This document shows, piece by piece, positions 61,209 to 64,000 of a DNA stretch of 64,000 nt (position 1 is the first letter of the stretch; every line of letters begins with the position of its first letter). The notes beneath the pieces are model-generated. The model saw nothing but the letters and a program-made list of their open reading frames with translations, searched no databases and was not told the DNA's origin. The translations under genes and the position numbers were made by a program. Source of the DNA: Candidatus Marinacidobacterales bacterium (GTDB lineage: Bacteria > Acidobacteriota > Vicinamibacteria > Marinacidobacterales > DATDRI01). The stretch spans positions 1,152,001-1,216,000 of the forward strand of contig CBDCNP010000002.1 in the NCBI GenBank assembly GCA_965219415.1. Direction: 5' to 3'.

Positions 61209-63531
61209 ATGAAACCGTCGAATCGATGGAAGCTTTTTCTTGTCGTCACGGTACTCGCCTTCTTCAGTCGCGAATCCGTGGCGGCCCGCAGCGACTACGC
61301 CTTGCTCGCACCCCTCCTCGAAGAGTTTCGTGAGTTTCGGAAACCAAGAACGACGGACGGCGTGCCCGATTTCTCATCGGGTGCGATGGTTGAAAAGCAG
61401 AGGCAGATCGCGACGTTCCAAAAGCGCTTGGCCGAAATCGATCCCACAGGATGGCCTGTCTCCGAGCAAATCGACTATCACCTGGTACGCGCCGAGATGA
61501 ACGGCATGGAGTTCTACCATCGTGTGGTACGACCGTGGGCGCGGGATCCCGGCTTCTACTTGATGACCCAATCGGGCGCCGGGCCCACCGGCTTTCGCCT
61601 CAGAGTCGAAGCGATACCCATTCCCGACGAGGACATCGAGGCGTTTCAACGGCAGCTGAAGGCGGTGCCTCAGCTCTTCCAGCAGGCCAAGAGCAATCTG
61701 ACCGAAGGAGCAGCCGACTTCGTGACGCTCGCTTTACATTTCTTGGGAGAAGAAGAAGAGATGTATCGCGAGCTGGCGGGTGCCCTTTCCACCCACCATC
61801 CCGAGCTGACAAGAGACGCCGAACGAGCGGAAGCCGCGGTAACGGACTATGGTCGATGGCTCGAAGAGAATCGAGATCGTATGACAGCTCCCGCCGGTGT
61901 GGGCAAGGAGAACTACAACTGGCTGCTCAAGAATGTCTACCTCTTTCCTTACACCTGGGACGAAGTACGCACCATCGTCAAGCTCGAAGACAATCGACCT
62001 TTCGAAGACTGGAAGAGAATCGAAACCGCCGCTTGCCCCCCCTCCAACCCGTGCAATCCCAGGCCGAGTACAAGCAAAGTGTCCAAGAAGCCCTGGACCA
62101 CATCATGGCTTTCCTCCGTGAGGAGGAGATCTTCACCATGCACGATTATCTGGTACCCGGCGATTACTTCGGGTCATGGCATGGATTCGAGAACCCCTGG
62201 CCGGAGAAACACGACTACTTCTTCAATTTCTCTCACCGTGACCCGGTGATGGAAGAAACGCACGAAATGGTCGGCCACCATTTCGATGGGCTGAGAGCTC
62301 GAAACGACGAAAGGCCGATTCGAGCCGGGCGACGCCCCTACAAGATATCGACGGCGCGTGGCGAGGGGCTCGCTTTCGCACTCGAAGAGCTGCTCATGCA
62401 TGCCGGCTATCTCGACGAGCGCTCCCCGCGAGCGAGAGAAGTCGCCTACGAGCAGGCCGCCTTCCGCACCGTTCGCGCTTTGTCGGACGCCTACATGCAC
62501 AGCCGAGATTGGGACCTAGAGGATGCGCTCGAGTTTTGTGTCGGCAACGCACCTCACGGGGATTTGCTGGATGGCAGCCATCATCTCTGGTACGAGCTGG
62601 CCACGACCCTGCGCGGCGTCGGCCACCATATAGCTGATGGTCGTCGGCAAGGTCCAGTTCATGAAGCTGTTCAGAGACCGGGCAAATCAGCTGGGTGACG
62701 AGTTCGTCCTGAAGGAGTTTATGGATGAATTCTACGCCTCGGGGTCCATTCCGATGTCCCTCATTCGGTAGGAGATGACCGGCTACGACGACGAAATAGA
62801 GAAATTGTGGCAGCCCCCAGGTTCGGATACCACGATAATCTCCAGCATCGAGCTCGGGATAACCAACACTTGGGTCAAAACTAAAGACGAGCTGAAGGAG
62901 GAATACGATCTACGGTTGTCGGTCAAGACGAAAGAAGACGTAGCGCCGGTTCAATCGTTGACCGTTCTGACTCCCACCGGCACTTCCTTCAAGGTCGAGC
63001 GGGGCGACGAGTTCGCGATGGATCAGATTGACCCCGAGTTCGGCATCGAGATCATCCGGGCGTTCGAGCTGCAAGAAAACGAGGGCGCCTGGACGTTCAG
63101 CGCCATCGCGAGCTCTGCTCGAACTGTTCGGAGATGGGACCTACACCTTGACCGCCCATCACGAAAATGGAACCCAGGTCGTCGAACTATGGTTTGGAGA
63201 GCCCGGCTCAGAAAAGCCACTGCCGTTTCCAACCAATGGCGGTTTCGCATCGCCGGACTTGAGTCAACCGTTGAGCAGTCCGATCACCTTTTTTTGGGAC
63301 GCAAACTCCGATGCCGACTATGCCGCTGTTTTCATGGCCAGCGGTGAGGAGGAAAAGTCCGACGAGTTTCCGGCCACCACGACATCTTTTGGGCCGTTTG
63401 ACTATTCCGCGGGCACCTGGGGGTTCGAGTTGTCGGTCGGCGTCCAGCGCGAGGGCAAGGTGGATGGAGCGAGCTTCTCGATTTCCAAAGGAACGGTCTG
63501 GACCACCGATCAAGTAGTGACAGAACGTTAG
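61209..63531 (+). pseudogene. Secreted DUF885-family protein with a C-terminal beta-rich extension, fragmented
   Basis: QIDYHLVRAEMNG..RPWARDPGFY; frameshifts near 62000, 62630 and 63115; TAG at 62769-62771; EMTGYDDE continues in frame into about 240 extra residues. Confidence 0.68.
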
Positions 63532-63564
63532 GACAAGGGCCAACTATCGGAGAAGGAGCCGGTG

Positions 63565-64000
63565 ATGACTCGTAAGCAGACTACTCTATTCAGCTTGATT
63601 CTCGGCGTGATCGTCGCCTCGACCTTACCAGCAACGGTCCTCGCGCAGGCGATCACCCATACCAAGATCGCATTTCAAGGCGAACGCGATGGCAATTCCG
63701 AGATCTACGTCATGAACCATGACGGCTCGGAGCAGACGAGGCTCACCAATAACGATGCCTATGATGGCAATCCGCGTTGGTCGCCAGACGGATCTCGGAT
63801 CGTGTTCGTTTCGAACCGTGACGGCAACTCAGAGATCTACATCATGAACGCGGACGGCTCACAACAAACCCGCTTCACCGATCACCACGCGAGAGAATCG
63901 GCACCGACTTGGTCACCGGACGGTACGATGATCGCATTCAACACGAACCGGTTCGAGGGTGGCAGCACGGAGATCTTCAGGAAGAACGTGGACGGCACCT
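63565..64000 (+). CDS. Secreted TolB-like PD40 repeat protein (partial)
   Basis: AAGGAG RBS; signal peptide; [19 protein letters not shown] and WSPDG repeats. Confidence 0.85.
   Translation, partial: MTRKQTTLFSLILGVIVASTLPATVLAQAITHTKIAFQGERDGNSEIYVMNHDGSEQTRLTNNDAYDGNPRWSPDGSRIVFVSNRDGNSEIYIMNADGSQQTRFTDHHARESAPTWSPDGTMIAFNTNRFEGGSTEIFRKNVDGT

Noticed and set aside
7292-62771. In-frame stops (TGA 7292, TAG 10002, TAG 62769) as stop-codon recoding
   Set aside because: They stand at expected Trp, Tyr and Trp positions, each one base from the sense codon. TGA and TAG both end many intact genes here, and no Sec/Pyl machinery is visible.

Overview
This is a GC-rich bacterial window, probably from an Acidobacteria-like organism (inferred from the Ser/Thr kinase-PD40 gene, the MacB-type ABC cluster and the HNH family). 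It is dominated by organic-nitrogen catabolism. The left end holds an N-methylglutamate (methylamine) cluster (gmaS-mgsABC plus sarcosine-oxidase-like delta and alpha subunits), a divergent tandem Lrp/AsnC regulator and a divergent Amt transporter. Further on are a proline-racemase-family enzyme, an amidase, a TRAP operon, an atypical SDR, two paralogous amidohydrolases, a lone PrnB-like enzyme, a guanidinase-like ureohydrolase with a KGSA dehydrogenase, and a NicX-like protein. Secreted paralog families are expanded: five M24-fold proteins, three EExxH zincin-like proteins and two DUF885 proteins, many with remodelled catalytic sites. A near-identical 44-bp upstream element occurs twice, 50 kb apart, with partial copies at a third locus, suggesting an undescribed regulon. 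There are three distinct IS256 elements (two with 8-bp target duplications), REP-like palindromes, an interrupted tRNA-fMet 3' remnant and many frameshifts or in-frame stops, which reflect either decay or long-read error. All functional calls come from reading motifs by eye; no searches were run.
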